Assembly: GCA_025355855.1 (NCBI GenBank)
Contig: JANXYU010000031.1
Location: forward strand, 1,530-65,529
Direction of reading: 5' to 3'
Source: Actinomycetota bacterium
Lineage (GTDB): Bacteria; Actinomycetota; JAHEXW01
DNA length: 64,000 nt
The position numbers were made by a program, and so were the translations under genes. This document shows, piece after piece, positions 8,084 to 18,861 of this stretch; positions within the stretch are counted from its first letter, which is position 1; every line of letters begins with the position of its first letter. The notes below the pieces were generated by a model, which worked only from the letters and a program-made list of their open reading frames with translations, was not told the DNA's origin and did no database searches.

Positions 8084-10000
8084 CTAATCCACCGTGCTTT
8101 CGATACGAATACTGGAATCAGACGTTAACCCGTACAGGTTATCGAATATCTTGCGCGCGACCGGGGCCGCCGCGGAAACTCCGTGGCCGCCCTCCTCGAT
8201 CATCACGATCACCACATACTGGGGTTTGTCTGCCGGCGCATAGGCCGCGAACCATGCGTTGGCTTGCTTGCCATAACTCTCGGCGCTGCCTGTCTTTGCC
8301 GCGATCGGGATGCTGTCTAAGGGAAAACCCTCAAACGCTGTCTTAGCCGTACCGTTCGAGACGACTTGTTGCAGATCATCTCGTACGATATTGAGAATCT
8401 CCGGATCAATGCCGACGTTGCGAACTTTATACGCCTTAACGTCCTTGACTACCTTTCCGGCCGGCGTCGTGATGCGTTTAACGATGTGCGGCCGGTAGAG
8501 CGTGCCACCGTTGGCGACCGCGGAGTACGCACAGGCCATCTGAAGCGGGGTCGCCAAAACATCGCCCTGGCCGATAGCCATATTTGTTGAATCGCCCGGA
8601 TACCAGATCTGATACTCGGGGTCGTTTTTGTTCCAGGTCTTTTTCCAGGCCTTGGTCGGGACCCGGCCGCCGTCTTCGCCCGGCAGATCGACGCCGGTTG
8701 GTTTGCCCAGTCCGAAACGATATAAGTAGTCCTGCATCTTCTCGCCCTTAACGCCGATGCTTTTATAAAACGCCAAGCCGATCTCGTAGAACACGGTATC
8801 GCAGGACTGAACGATGCCCTCGTTTAAGGTTAGTCTGCCGTGCCCCTCGGGCAGCCAGCAGAATTGAGGCCACTGGTCACCGGCGCCCGTCCACTTGCCG
8901 GTACAGTTGTATTCAGATTGAGACGAGGCGATTCCCTCTTGCATAGCCCCCGAGGCCATCATTGCTTTGATCGTTGATCCAGGAGGGAAGCTATTGGTCA
9001 CGGCCCGGTTATTCAAAGGATAGTGATTGGCGGGATCGTTGAGCGCTTTCCAGTCGGCCGCGGAAATGCCATTTGTAAACAAGCGCGGGTCATAAGACGG
9101 TTGGCTGGCCAAAGCGTAGATTTCCCCGTTGTTCGGATTCATGACAACAACCGCTCCCGCGGGCGCGTTGTAATCTTTCTTCGACGTTGGATCGTAGGCC
9201 TGCCGCGCCTGTTCCAGCGCTTGGGCCAGAAGGTTCTCGCTCAACGCCTGCAGATTGGTGTCGATCGTCATGGTGATATCTTTACCCGGGCTAGGCTTTT
9301 TCACGTCCATCGACGCCACCGGGTACCCGGCGGCGTTTACCTCGATGCGCTGTTTGCCGTTATTGCCCGCCAGCTCGTTTTCATATGAGAGCTCAACGCC
9401 TTCTCGGCCGATCACATCGCCTAAGTTGTATTTACTAAATTTCTTTTGTTTCAGCTCGTCACCTGTGACCTCGCCCAGATAGCCCAGGATATGCGCGCCG
9501 ACGTTGCCTTGCGGATACTCGCGTACAGGCTTGCCTTCGATGATGACGTGTGGAAATTCCAGTTGGTGTTCCTTGATGCTCACGGCTACCTGCTCAGAGA
9601 CGTCTTCCTTAATGGGAACAGGTTTATAGGGATCGATGTTCTTGTTTTCAAGACGCAATTTGACTTGTTCGGGCGTCATGCCCAGCGTGGCCGCTAATTT
9701 CTTGACGGTGTCTTTTTGTTGTCTGATGTCGTCGTCGCTCATCGCCGCTTGCACGTCTGTCATGGCGACTACGTAACTGGCGCGGTTGCCGATCATCAGC
9801 ACCCCATTGCGATCGTAGACGCCGCCGCGCACGGCGTCGATAGGCACCTCGCGAATCTTGTTTTCCGTGGCAATGGCTACGTACTCGCTACCCTTAATGA
9901 CCTGCAAAAATAGAAGGCGCGCGACGATAATGACGAAAGCGGCCAATATGGTGATTGAGATTACAGCCAAACGGCGTTCCGTCATCTCGTTTTCGTGCAC
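8084..10000 (-). CDS. mrdA: Penicillin-binding protein 2
   Basis: N-terminal TM helix, RGGVYDRNG, PPGSTIK (SxxK), SCD (SxN position) and AAKTGSAE (KTG). Confidence 0.96.
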   Translation of the reverse strand: MHENEMTERRLAVISITILAAFVIIVARLLFLQVIKGSEYVAIATENKIREVPIDAVRGGVYDRNGVLMIGNRASYVVAMTDVQAAMSDDDIRQQKDTVKKLAATLGMTPEQVKLRLENKNIDPYKPVPIKEDVSEQVAVSIKEHQLEFPHVIIEGKPVREYPQGNVGAHILGYLGEVTGDELKQKKFSKYNLGDVIGREGVELSYENELAGNNGKQRIEVNAAGYPVASMDVKKPSPGKDITMTIDTNLQALSENLLAQALEQARQAYDPTSKKDYNAPAGAVVVMNPNNGEIYALASQPSYDPRLFTNGISAADWKALNDPANHYPLNNRAVTNSFPPGSTIKAMMASGAMQEGIASSQSEYNCTGKWTGAGDQWPQFCWLPEGHGRLTLNEGIVQSCDTVFYEIGLAFYKSIGVKGEKMQDYLYRFGLGKPTGVDLPGEDGGRVPTKAWKKTWNKNDPEYQIWYPGDSTNMAIGQGDVLATPLQMACAYSAVANGGTLYRPHIVKRITTPAGKVVKDVKAYKVRNVGIDPEILNIVRDDLQQVVSNGTAKTAFEGFPLDSIPIAAKTGSAESYGKQANAWFAAYAPADKPQYVVIVMIEEGGHGVSAAAPVARKIFDNLYGLTSDSSIRIESTVD

Positions 10001-10001
10001 G

Positions 10002-10511
10002 TTACATCACCTGCATGCGGGCGTGGCTTTCCTGCCACTTCAAAACACGAATAAAGGCGGGATAGATAAAGGGTGTAAAGAGGGTGTTGTAGAGCGCGGT
10101 CGGCAGCATCGACCAGCTGAGAATGGACCGGACCACAACGGTCTCGCCAAATAAGAAAGCGAGCAAGGCAGTCATCGCCTGGCTGATAATACTGGCGCCG
10201 AACACTGTGATCATCGGCCACAGAATGCCTTCGCGCGGTCCCATGTCGCGCAACAGAGACGAAGCGCCGCCAATAATCGTCTTAGTGACCATGTTGAAGC
10301 CCATATAGTTGGCCATGACTAAGTCTTCCAACAATCCGCCGAAAAAGCCGGTGAAGGAGCCCATGTTCATACCTTCTGTAAGCGCAAAGCAGACGATGAC
10401 GACTAACATCAGATCAGGTTGAATACCAGCGACGCTGAGGTGCGGCACCAAGACGGTCTGAGCCAGAAAAGTTCCAATCAAAACTAGCGCAGTCAGCAAG
10501 AATCTCTGCAT
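10002..10511 (-). CDS. mreD: Rod shape-determining protein MreD
   Basis: Hydrophobic protein with PDL and GFFGGLLEDL motifs, located between mreC and mrdA. Confidence 0.92.
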   Translation of the reverse strand: MQRFLLTALVLIGTFLAQTVLVPHLSVAGIQPDLMLVVIVCFALTEGMNMGSFTGFFGGLLEDLVMANYMGFNMVTKTIIGGASSLLRDMGPREGILWPMITVFGASIISQAMTALLAFLFGETVVVRSILSWSMLPTALYNTLFTPFIYPAFIRVLKWQESHARMQVM

Positions 10512-10514
10512 CCT

Positions 10515-11339
10515 CTAACGCACCCCCGTGATGATATAGACCTCTTCCAGGGTCCAGAAGTCGACAGTGGGACTTACTCTGACGTCCTGGAACAAGCCGT
10601 CGTTGTTTCGCGCGGTCGAGGTGATTGTGCCGACAACCAAGCCGGTCGGATAGACGCCTCCTAAACCAGACGTCATGACAACCTCTTTAGCCGTAGTCTT
10701 AACGCCTTTTGGCAAATAGTTAAGCTGAAGCTGCTCCTGGCCCTCGCCTTCGATTATGCCGGTCGCCCGGCTGTTCTGGAGACGGACGCCGACAGCGCTC
10801 TTTTGGTCCATAATCAATTGCACCAAGCACGAGTTGGCTGTAGTCGACATTACCTGACCGACCAAACCATCGGCCGTCGCCACGGGCATTCTTTGCTTGA
10901 CGCCGTCTAGACTGCCCTTATCTAAGATAACTGTCGCTTGCCAGGTGTTAACGGATTTTCCGATTACCGTGGCAAAAACGGTCGCGTATTGTTGCCGCAC
11001 CGGCGCGCCGATCGCCGCGCGCAACCGCTTGTTCTCTAGGTCCAATTCCTTCAGGGTCACTGTGTCTCGCCGCATCTCAGACACTTGCCTTGTAAGGGCG
11101 CGATTGTCTTCTTTCAGGCGGCTGAATTCGGTCAAACTGGCCCAGGTATCAGAGAACCCGCGCGTCACGCTAAAGGAACCCGCCTGCAGAGGGGCTAAGA
11201 GGTTAACGGAAAATCGTTGGGCGCGGTGCAGGACTCCGTTTGGGCCCTCGCGGAAATGCAGAACCAAAACGCTGATGCTGATTAGGACCAATAGTCCCAG
11301 GGTTATTTGGTTTCCCCAACTTGTTCGACGGTCTATCAT
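10515..11339 (-). CDS. mreC: Rod shape-determining protein MreC
   Basis: TM helix plus coiled coil, LDKGSLDGV, GLVGQV and TSGLGGVYPTGLVVG motifs. Confidence 0.96.
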   Translation of the reverse strand: MIDRRTSWGNQITLGLLVLISISVLVLHFREGPNGVLHRAQRFSVNLLAPLQAGSFSVTRGFSDTWASLTEFSRLKEDNRALTRQVSEMRRDTVTLKELDLENKRLRAAIGAPVRQQYATVFATVIGKSVNTWQATVILDKGSLDGVKQRMPVATADGLVGQVMSTTANSCLVQLIMDQKSAVGVRLQNSRATGIIEGEGQEQLQLNYLPKGVKTTAKEVVMTSGLGGVYPTGLVVGTITSTARNNDGLFQDVRVSPTVDFWTLEEVYIITGVR

Positions 11340-11360
11340 GATGATCAGCTCGCGACGATA

Positions 11361-12398
11361 TTACCGCCGCGAAGCTACAAGAACCTTCTTTAAGCTGTCG
11401 AATTCATCCAGGCAACGGCCCGCGCCGACCGCGACGCAGTTCAACGGCTGTTCGGCGATGTGCACTGGCATCCCGGTTTCTTGGCGCAGTCTCTCATCCA
11501 AACCGCGCAGCAGAGCACCGCCGCCGGTCAAAACGATACCGCGGTCCATGATGTCACTGGACAATTCGGGTGGCGTCTTATCCAAAGTGCTCTTAACCGC
11601 TTCGATAACCGCCGCAACCGGCTCTTCGATGGCGGCTCGTATTTCCTGCGAGCTGATCACAAGTACCTTGGGTAGCCCTGTAATCAAGTCCCGGCCGCGC
11701 ACTTCGGCTTGTTCCTCCTGGTTAAGTGGATACGCGGAACCGATTTCAATCTTCAGTTCCTCTGAAGTCCTCTCACCCAGCATAAGGTTATGCTCGCGTT
11801 TCATGTAAGCGATTATGGCCTCGTCCAGCTCATCGCCGCCGACGCGAATCGATTCCGCCGCGACGATGCCGCCCAGTGAAATGACAGCGACTTCCGTGGT
11901 GCCGCCGCCGATGTCGACCACCATATTGCCGGAAGGCTCGTGGATAGGCAGGTCAGAACCAATGGCGGCTGCCATGGGCTCTTCAATAAGGTGAGCCGAA
12001 CGCGCGCCTGCCTGCTCGGTCGCTTCTTCGACGGCGCGTTGTTCCACACCGGTGATGCCGGATGGAACACCGACGATGACACGAGGACGCGCCAGGAACC
12101 GCCTCTTGTGGACACGCTGGATGAAGTAACGCAGCATGCGCTCGGTGACATCGAAATCGGCGATAACGCCGTCCTTGAGAGGTCGGATGGCGACGATGTT
12201 GCCTGGCGTGCGCCCGATCATGCGTTTGGCTTCCAGGCCGACGGCTAAAACAGCGCCGGTCGTCTTATCCATAGCGACAACAGAAGGCTCGTTTAAGACG
12301 ATACCCCGGCCGCGTACGTATACTAGAGTGTTAGCTGTTCCTAAATCCACGGCCATGTCGCGGCCGAAAATATTCATGAAGCTATCAAACATGCGCAT
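11361..12398 (-). CDS. mreB: Actin-like MreB
   Basis: [24 protein letters not shown] and LTGGGALL motifs. Confidence 0.99.
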   Translation of the reverse strand: MRMFDSFMNIFGRDMAVDLGTANTLVYVRGRGIVLNEPSVVAMDKTTGAVLAVGLEAKRMIGRTPGNIVAIRPLKDGVIADFDVTERMLRYFIQRVHKRRFLARPRVIVGVPSGITGVEQRAVEEATEQAGARSAHLIEEPMAAAIGSDLPIHEPSGNMVVDIGGGTTEVAVISLGGIVAAESIRVGGDELDEAIIAYMKREHNLMLGERTSEELKIEIGSAYPLNQEEQAEVRGRDLITGLPKVLVISSQEIRAAIEEPVAAVIEAVKSTLDKTPPELSSDIMDRGIVLTGGGALLRGLDERLRQETGMPVHIAEQPLNCVAVGAGRCLDEFDSLKKVLVASRR

Positions 12399-12449
12399 AA
12401 AACCCCTTGGTTGTCTGTTACTCTATTTTACCATATGTGCAGTTCGAGC

Positions 12450-12851
12450 CTAAAAGAACAGGCTGAGCTCGTATTCCGCTCGCTCCGGGGCATCGCTGGC
12501 ATGAACGGCGTTGGCATCGATCACCAGGGCATAGTCGCCGCGAATCGTCCCCGGTTCGGCCTCCGCCGGATTCGTCGCGCCTACCATTTTGCGGATAACC
12601 TTGATGACCTCGGGACCCTCGACGTGCAGAGCGACAATGGGGCCGCTGGTAATGAAGGCAACTAAATCGTTGAAGAACGGCTTGCCTTCATGGATATCGT
12701 AAAGACGACTCGCTAAAGCTGTGTCGACATCTAATTGACGCAAGCCCTTGATGGTCAGACCTCTTTTTTCGAAACGCGAAATGATTTCGCCGCGCAAACC
12801 TCGCCCCACGGCGTCAGGTTTGATCAATACCAGTGATTTCTGCATTTCCAT
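12450..12851 (-). CDS. ndk: Nucleoside diphosphate kinase
   Basis: LIKPDAV, GATNP, PGTIRGDY and NAVHASD (active-site His). Confidence 0.98.
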   Translation of the reverse strand: MEMQKSLVLIKPDAVGRGLRGEIISRFEKRGLTIKGLRQLDVDTALASRLYDIHEGKPFFNDLVAFITSGPIVALHVEGPEVIKVIRKMVGATNPAEAEPGTIRGDYALVIDANAVHASDAPERAEYELSLFF

Positions 12852-12876
12852 TTTGAACTCCTTGTCTTGTCGTTTT

Positions 12877-12937
12877 GTAGCTGCCGGTCTTTAAGACCGG
12901 CAGACGAGCCGGTGTCGACCCTAAAGACGACACCTAC
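12877..12937. repeat. Convergent REP doublet: class A on + (12877-12903) and class B-like on - (12911-12937)
   Basis: GTAG-CTGCCGGTC-TTTAA-GACCGGCAG on +, and GTAG-GTGTCG-N10-CGACAC on -. Confidence 0.8.
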
Positions 12938-12978
12938 ACAACCGTGAATTACGTCGTTTTGGTCAGTACTTACGAAGT

Positions 12979-14289
12979 TTACCCGCTGTCTTTTTGGCGG
13001 GCGATCTCACCGATTACGTACAACGACCCCGCTATTAATATCAGGTCGGCCGGTCTCGCCTTTTCTTTCGCCCTCTCCAGCGCCTTTGTCACTGACGCCT
13101 CTATCTCAACATTCGAGCCGAACTTCTTTATCAAGCTAGCCAACTCGTCCGCCGGCAGAGCCCTGCTGTAGTCCGGCGCCGTCGTGATGGTCTCGTTGGC
13201 CAGCGGAACCAGGGCCGCCGCAATTCCAGCCGCGTCCTTGTCCGCTAAAACCCCCAAGACCAGGATAAGTTTATCATATTCAAACTCGTTTCCCACGGCC
13301 TCAGCCAAGCGCGCGGCGCCGGCTGGATTATGGGCTCCGTCCAAGACGACCCAAGGCTCGCGGCCTATTATCTCCAGGCGTCCCGGTGACGTTGTTTGCG
13401 GCAGCGCCGTGCGCACCGCCGCCGCCAGAAGCCCGGTCGCAGCCTGATGCTTGTCTAGCAAGAAGGCCTCGACAGCGGTAACCGCCGTAGCCGCGTTTTG
13501 GGCCTGATGTTCCCCGCGCAAGACTATTTCCACGTCCGCGTAGACACTACGCAAGCCCTTGATCGTGAGAACGTAACCGCCCTCCGGCCGCCGTTCACTG
13601 CCCAGGACATCGAAATCACGGCCGTATTCATACAACCTTGCCCCAGCCAGCTTGGCCTGTTCGCTGATTATCCGAAGAGCCTCAGGTTGAGCGGCGGCTG
13701 TTACCACTTTCGCTCCGGTTTTGATGATGCCGGCCTTCTCTCCCGCAATGGCTTCGATCGTAGTGCCTAGACGCTCGGTGTGCTCCAGTTCGATATTGGT
13801 GATTACAGCGACATCGCCGCGCGCGACATTGGTCGCGTCCCACCGGCCGCCCATACCGACCTCGATAACCGCGGCTTCTACTCCCCGTTCGGCAAACCAT
13901 TTAAAACCCAGGGCGGTCAAAAACTCGAACTGGGTGACGTCCCCGCCCAACCCGGCGCGATTTGCCTCTTTTACCAGCGGAATCAGCGATTCACATTGCG
14001 CCGCGAACTCAGCCTCGGTAATCTCGACGCCATCGATGGAGTAGCGTTCGACGTATGTTACCAAATGAGGTGATGTATACTGGGCTGTCTTGAAGCCAAG
14101 CTCAGTCAGAATGCCGCGCGTCAGTCGCGCAGTCGAGGTCTTACCGTTAGTGCCGGTTATGTGGATTATGGGAAAAGCGCGTTCGGGATGATCGAGTAAA
14201 CGGCAGAGATGGGCGATGCGGGAGATGTCGGGATTGATGCCCTCGGACGTTTCGGAGGCGAGGTATTCTACCGCAGCCGCATAATCCAT
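12979..14289 (-). CDS. folC: Folylpolyglutamate synthase / dihydrofolate synthase
   Basis: HITGTNGKTST, TSPHL, EVGMGGRWDATN, LDGAHNP and GSLY motifs. Confidence 0.97.
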   Translation of the reverse strand: MDYAAAVEYLASETSEGINPDISRIAHLCRLLDHPERAFPIIHITGTNGKTSTARLTRGILTELGFKTAQYTSPHLVTYVERYSIDGVEITEAEFAAQCESLIPLVKEANRAGLGGDVTQFEFLTALGFKWFAERGVEAAVIEVGMGGRWDATNVARGDVAVITNIELEHTERLGTTIEAIAGEKAGIIKTGAKVVTAAAQPEALRIISEQAKLAGARLYEYGRDFDVLGSERRPEGGYVLTIKGLRSVYADVEIVLRGEHQAQNAATAVTAVEAFLLDKHQAATGLLAAAVRTALPQTTSPGRLEIIGREPWVVLDGAHNPAGAARLAEAVGNEFEYDKLILVLGVLADKDAAGIAAALVPLANETITTAPDYSRALPADELASLIKKFGSNVEIEASVTKALERAKEKARPADLILIAGSLYVIGEIARQKDSG

Positions 14290-16952
14290 TAGCCACCCAG
14301 TGTTTCTAGCTGGTGCCGGAGTTTTTCCTGTTTACCGGCCAGCGCGCCGGCGTCTGCCTTAACTTTGGCGACGATTTCCGGCGCGGCTTTGTTGATGAAG
14401 CCCTCATTTGCCAGCTTCGCCTGGCATTTCTTCAAATCTGTGTCAATCGACTTGAGCTCGTTGTTAAGCCGGACGATTTCTTGATCGACATCAACCAGTC
14501 CGGCCAGCGGCACAAATATATCGAACTCGCCCACAACCGCTTTAGCAGCCTGTCCCAACTTATGCCCAGCCGGTTCATATGTCACGTTACCTAAACCCGC
14601 CAAAATCTTAGTTTCCTCTTCGTGCGCTTTAATCAGCCCTATCCCGCTCGTGTCCGAGCCGGCGAACACCGCGTCGATCGGCCGCTTGGGTGATAGTTTT
14701 AATTCGTGCCTGATCTGGCGCAAGGCGACGGTCGCCTCGATTATCAAGGTCGCCTCGCGCACGGCAGCGGGATCGATCGCCGTTTTGTCGGCTTCCGGCC
14801 ACGGCGCCAACATAATGGTCTCGCCCGCGTTGGGGAGTTTCTGCCAGATCTCTTCCGTAACGAACGGCATCACGGGATGGAGCAATCTCAGAACGTTATC
14901 AAGTACGTTGACCAGAACATGCTGCGCCGTCGCCCGGTCCGTACCGTTCAAACGCTGCTTCGACCATTCGATATACCAATCGCAATAATCTCCCCAGACA
15001 AACGCGTACAGTAAGCGGCACGCCTCGCTGAAGTTAAACGTTTCGATATTTTGATCAACCGCCTGGGTCACCTCCGCCAAACGGCTTAGTATCCAGCGGT
15101 CGGCGACCCTCAGGTCATCCTTGGCCGGAACGAAACTCACGTCATATCCATCCAGGTTCATCAGCACGAACCGGCTGGCGTTCCACAATTTGTTGACGAA
15201 ATGACGGTTGCCCTCGACCCTTTCTTCGCTCATTAAAACGTCGCGCCCGGGGATGGCCATTGAGGCCAGGGTGAAGCGCAGCGCGTCCGTTCCGCTCCAA
15301 GCCATGACGTCCAGCGGGTCGATGACGTTCCCGCGTGACTTACTCATCTTCTGCCCGTGCGCGTCGCGGATCAGCGCGTGGACATAGACGTCATGGAATG
15401 GCACTTCGCCCATGAAATGAATGCCTGCCATCATCATGCGCGCCACCCAGAAAAAGATGATGTCAAAGGCGGTGGAGAGCAGGTTTGTCGGGTAGAAGTA
15501 GGCTAGTTCGGCAGTCTTCTCCGGCCATCCCATTGTCGCGAACGGCCATAGCCAAGATGAGAACCAGGTATCCAACACGTCTTCGTCCTGCGTCAGCGAG
15601 GCGCCGCCGCACTTGGGACAGACTGCCGGGTCTTCCAAGGCGACAATCGTCTCACCGCAAGCGGCACAATACCAGACCGGGATGCGATGGCCCCACCATA
15701 ATTGGCGCGATATGCACCAGTCCCGAATATTGTCCATCCACTCGTAATAGATTTTCTCCCAGCGCTTGGGATGAAAGACGGTCGTGCCGTCCTTGACCGC
15801 GGCGATGGCTGGCTCCGCCAGGGGTTTCATTTTTACAAACCATTGCAGGGACTGATACGGCTCGACAACCGTGTGGCAGCGATAACAGTGACCGACGGCG
15901 TGCAGATGTTCCTCTTCCTTAACAAGATAGCCGCCCGCGGCCAGGTCCTTTAAGACAGCTTCCCGGCCCGCGTAGCGCTCCAGTCCCTCGTAAGGTCCGG
16001 CTTGCTCGTTTAAGATGGCGTCTTCGGTCAAGATATTGATCTGGGGCAGGTCATGCCGTTGACCCATGTCAAAGTCGTTTGGATCATGCGACGGAGTCAC
16101 CTTAACGGCGCCTGTGCCAAAGTCAGCGTCTACAAAGGCGTCAGCGATTACCGGTATCTCCCGGTTCATCAAAGGCAGGACAAGGGTCTTGCCGACCAGG
16201 GCGCTATAGCGTTCGTCCTTGGGATTAACGGCGACCGCCGTATCCCCTAGCATTGTTTCCGGCCTTGTCGTCGCGACAGTAACGAACTCGGTCTGGCTCT
16301 CCGCTCTCGGCTCTCCGCTCTCTGCTTTCAGCGGATACTTGATGTACCAGAGCTTGCCGGGCTTGTCCTCGTGCTCTACTTCGATATCAGAGAGCGCGGT
16401 GCGGCAACGCGGACACCAATTTATGATGTAGCTGCCGCGATAGATCAGGCCTTCGTCGTAGAGGGTTTTGAAAACCACGCGGACGGCGTGGGAATAGGGT
16501 TCGTCAAAGGTAAAGCGTTCGCGGTCCCAATCGCAACTGCAGCCGATCAGCTTCAGTTGGTTGATTATCGTCTCGCCGTACTTGGCTTTCCATTCCCAAA
16601 CACGGTCGTTGAACGCTTCCCGGCCCAGGTCTTGCCTGGTCTTTCCCTCTTTGGCGAGCTCCCGCTCGACGACATTTTGGGTGGCTATGCCGGCGTGATC
16701 GGTACCGGGCAGCCACATTGCCGCGTAGCCCTGCATGCGTTTACGGCGGATGACAACATCCTGCAAGGTGTTATTGAAGGCGTGCCCGACGTGCAGAGAT
16801 CCTGTCACGTTAGGCGGTGGGATCACAATGGAGTATGGTTTCTTGTCCGGATCGACATCGGCGTGAAAATAGCCGCGCGCCAGCCAGGTGTCATACCATT
16901 TACGCTCAACGTCCTGGTGAGTATACGCCTTGGCCAGCGGCTCGTTTTCCAC
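14289..16952 (-). CDS. valS: Valine--tRNA ligase
   Basis: PPPNVTGSLHVGH (HIGH-like), ATTRPETMLGD, KMSKS and a C-terminal coiled coil. Confidence 0.99.
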   Translation of the reverse strand: MENEPLAKAYTHQDVERKWYDTWLARGYFHADVDPDKKPYSIVIPPPNVTGSLHVGHAFNNTLQDVVIRRKRMQGYAAMWLPGTDHAGIATQNVVERELAKEGKTRQDLGREAFNDRVWEWKAKYGETIINQLKLIGCSCDWDRERFTFDEPYSHAVRVVFKTLYDEGLIYRGSYIINWCPRCRTALSDIEVEHEDKPGKLWYIKYPLKAESGEPRAESQTEFVTVATTRPETMLGDTAVAVNPKDERYSALVGKTLVLPLMNREIPVIADAFVDADFGTGAVKVTPSHDPNDFDMGQRHDLPQINILTEDAILNEQAGPYEGLERYAGREAVLKDLAAGGYLVKEEEHLHAVGHCYRCHTVVEPYQSLQWFVKMKPLAEPAIAAVKDGTTVFHPKRWEKIYYEWMDNIRDWCISRQLWWGHRIPVWYCAACGETIVALEDPAVCPKCGGASLTQDEDVLDTWFSSWLWPFATMGWPEKTAELAYFYPTNLLSTAFDIIFFWVARMMMAGIHFMGEVPFHDVYVHALIRDAHGQKMSKSRGNVIDPLDVMAWSGTDALRFTLASMAIPGRDVLMSEERVEGNRHFVNKLWNASRFVLMNLDGYDVSFVPAKDDLRVADRWILSRLAEVTQAVDQNIETFNFSEACRLLYAFVWGDYCDWYIEWSKQRLNGTDRATAQHVLVNVLDNVLRLLHPVMPFVTEEIWQKLPNAGETIMLAPWPEADKTAIDPAAVREATLIIEATVALRQIRHELKLSPKRPIDAVFAGSDTSGIGLIKAHEEETKILAGLGNVTYEPAGHKLGQAAKAVVGEFDIFVPLAGLVDVDQEIVRLNNELKSIDTDLKKCQAKLANEGFINKAAPEIVAKVKADAGALAGKQEKLRHQLETLGG
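16296..16330. repeat. Heptamer tandem repeat (GCTCTCN x4 plus a partial unit) inside valS
   Basis: Units gctctcc gctctcg gctctcc gctctct gctttca lie within codons for KAESGEPRAES. Confidence 0.85.
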
Positions 16953-16971
16953 TAGATATCGCCTTTTTCCG

Positions 16972-18258
16972 TTAGGCCGATTCTTCGGCCAACGGCTTCG
17001 TGTCGCCGTCGGAGGAGGGAGCTTCCGTAACCAAAGTCGGCGTCAGACCTTTCCGGATGACATCCTTAGTGACAATGCACTGGGTGACGTCAGGCAACGA
17101 CGGGATGTCATACATCACATTTAGCAAGGCGCCCTCCAGGATGGCCCGCAGCCCTCGCGCGCCGGTGCGGCGCTTAACCGATTCGCTCGCGATCGCTCGC
17201 AGGGCGTCAGGTTTAAAGATTAGGTCCACATTTTCCATCCCGAATACCTTCTTATACTGTTTGACAAGAGCATTCTTCGGCTCTGTCAACACGCGGACCA
17301 GGTCGTCCTCGGTCAGATTAAGCAGGTGTGTGACGACGGGCATCCGACCGACGAATTCGGGGATCAACCCGAAAGCCACCAGATCCTCCGGTAGAAGTTG
17401 TCCTAGCGCCGCGGCCGTTCTGGCGTCGCCGCTCTTCTTTAATTCAGCTCCGAAGCCTAAGCCTTTGTTACCGATCCGATTGTCGACGATCTTGTCTAAA
17501 TCGACAAACGTACCGCCGCAAATGAATAGAATGTTAGACGTGTTGATCTGGATGAATTCCTGATGCGGATGTTTACGGCCGCCCTGAGGCGGAACCGAAG
17601 CGTCGCATCCTTCCAAAATCTTCAGCAGGGCTTGCTGGACGCCTTCGCCCGACACATCGCGAGTTATGGACGGGTTCTCCGCCTTGCGAGCGATTTTGTC
17701 GATCTCGTCGATATAGATGATGCCCATCTCGGCGCGTTTGACGTCGAAATCGGCGGCTTGGATCAGCTTCAACAATATGTTCTCGACGTCCTCACCCACA
17801 TAACCGGCTTCCGTCAGAGCGGTCGCGTCGGCGATAGCGAAGGGAACGTTCAAGAAGCGGGCCAGCGTCTGGGCCAGCAAGGTCTTGCCGCAGCCGGTCG
17901 GCCCGATGAGGAGGATGTTACTCTTCTCCACCTCGACGTCGTCGTCAGCTAAGGGCGCTTCGGGGATAGCGATTCGTTTGTAGTGATTGTAGACCGCAAC
18001 GCTCAGCGCTTTCTTAGCGTCGTCTTGCCCGATCACATACTCGTTAAGGAATTCAAATATATCGCGCGGTTTAGCCAGCTCAGCGGTCGCAACCTCTTCC
18101 TCCGGCTCAAGTTCTTCCAAAATGATGTCGTTGCAGAGATCGATGCATTCGTCGCAGATGTAGACGCCCGGGCCCGCAATCAGCTTCTTGACCTGGCGCT
18201 GGCTTTTGCCACAAAAAGAACAGGTTAACAGTTCTCCGTCTTCACCTTCTCGCGACAT
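16972..18258 (-). CDS. clpX: ATP-dependent Clp protease ATP-binding subunit ClpX
   Basis: Zinc finger [31 protein letters not shown] and IGF-like loop LGF. Confidence 0.99.
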   Translation of the reverse strand: MSREGEDGELLTCSFCGKSQRQVKKLIAGPGVYICDECIDLCNDIILEELEPEEEVATAELAKPRDIFEFLNEYVIGQDDAKKALSVAVYNHYKRIAIPEAPLADDDVEVEKSNILLIGPTGCGKTLLAQTLARFLNVPFAIADATALTEAGYVGEDVENILLKLIQAADFDVKRAEMGIIYIDEIDKIARKAENPSITRDVSGEGVQQALLKILEGCDASVPPQGGRKHPHQEFIQINTSNILFICGGTFVDLDKIVDNRIGNKGLGFGAELKKSGDARTAAALGQLLPEDLVAFGLIPEFVGRMPVVTHLLNLTEDDLVRVLTEPKNALVKQYKKVFGMENVDLIFKPDALRAIASESVKRRTGARGLRAILEGALLNVMYDIPSLPDVTQCIVTKDVIRKGLTPTLVTEAPSSDGDTKPLAEESA

Positions 18259-18261
18259 AGG

Positions 18262-18861
18262 CTACGCCTCCTCGGCTTCACTTAAACTAGTGATTACGTG
18301 GTCAACCACGCCGTACGTTTTAGCCTCGTCTGCCGTCATGATGTAGTCACGTTCCGTGTCAGTTGTGATTTTCTTAGCGGACTGGCCGGTATGTTTTGCC
18401 AGTATGCCGTCCAAGAGTTTGCGCGTGCGCAGAATCTCTTTGGCATGGATCTCGATATCAGTCGCCTGTCCCTGCGAGCCGCCTAGGGGCTGATGAATCA
18501 GCACCCGGCAGTTCGGCAGCGCGAAACGCTTACCCTTGGCCCCCGACGCCAGTAATACAGCCGCACCGCTGGCTGCTTGACCGATGCATGTGGTCGCGAC
18601 ATCCGCCTTGATGTACTGCATAGTATCGTAGATAGCCAGGCAGGACGTTACGACGCCGCCCGGCGAATTGACGTATAGGTTGATGTCTTTGTCGGGGTCT
18701 TCGCTCTGCAAAAACAGCAGCTGCGCGATGATTAGGTTGGCCACGTCGTCGTTTATCTCAGTGCCCAGGAAGATGACCCGGTCTTTCAGCAGCCGGGAAT
18801 ATATGTCGTAGGATCGTTCTCCGCGTGAGGTTTGCTCAACTACCATCGGAATCAAGCTCAT
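18262..18861 (-). CDS. clpP: Clp protease proteolytic subunit
   Basis: [27 protein letters not shown] and IHQP motifs. Confidence 0.99.
   Translation of the reverse strand: MSLIPMVVEQTSRGERSYDIYSRLLKDRVIFLGTEINDDVANLIIAQLLFLQSEDPDKDINLYVNSPGGVVTSCLAIYDTMQYIKADVATTCIGQAASGAAVLLASGAKGKRFALPNCRVLIHQPLGGSQGQATDIEIHAKEILRTRKLLDGILAKHTGQSAKKITTDTERDYIMTADEAKTYGVVDHVITSLSEAEEA

Noticed and set aside
10897-11808. 303-aa plus-strand ORF, and similar long antisense ORFs such as 16371-16955, 17000-17563, 42922-43533 and 47289-48083
   Set aside because: These are shadow frames of well-supported minus-strand genes in GC-rich DNA, with no motifs.
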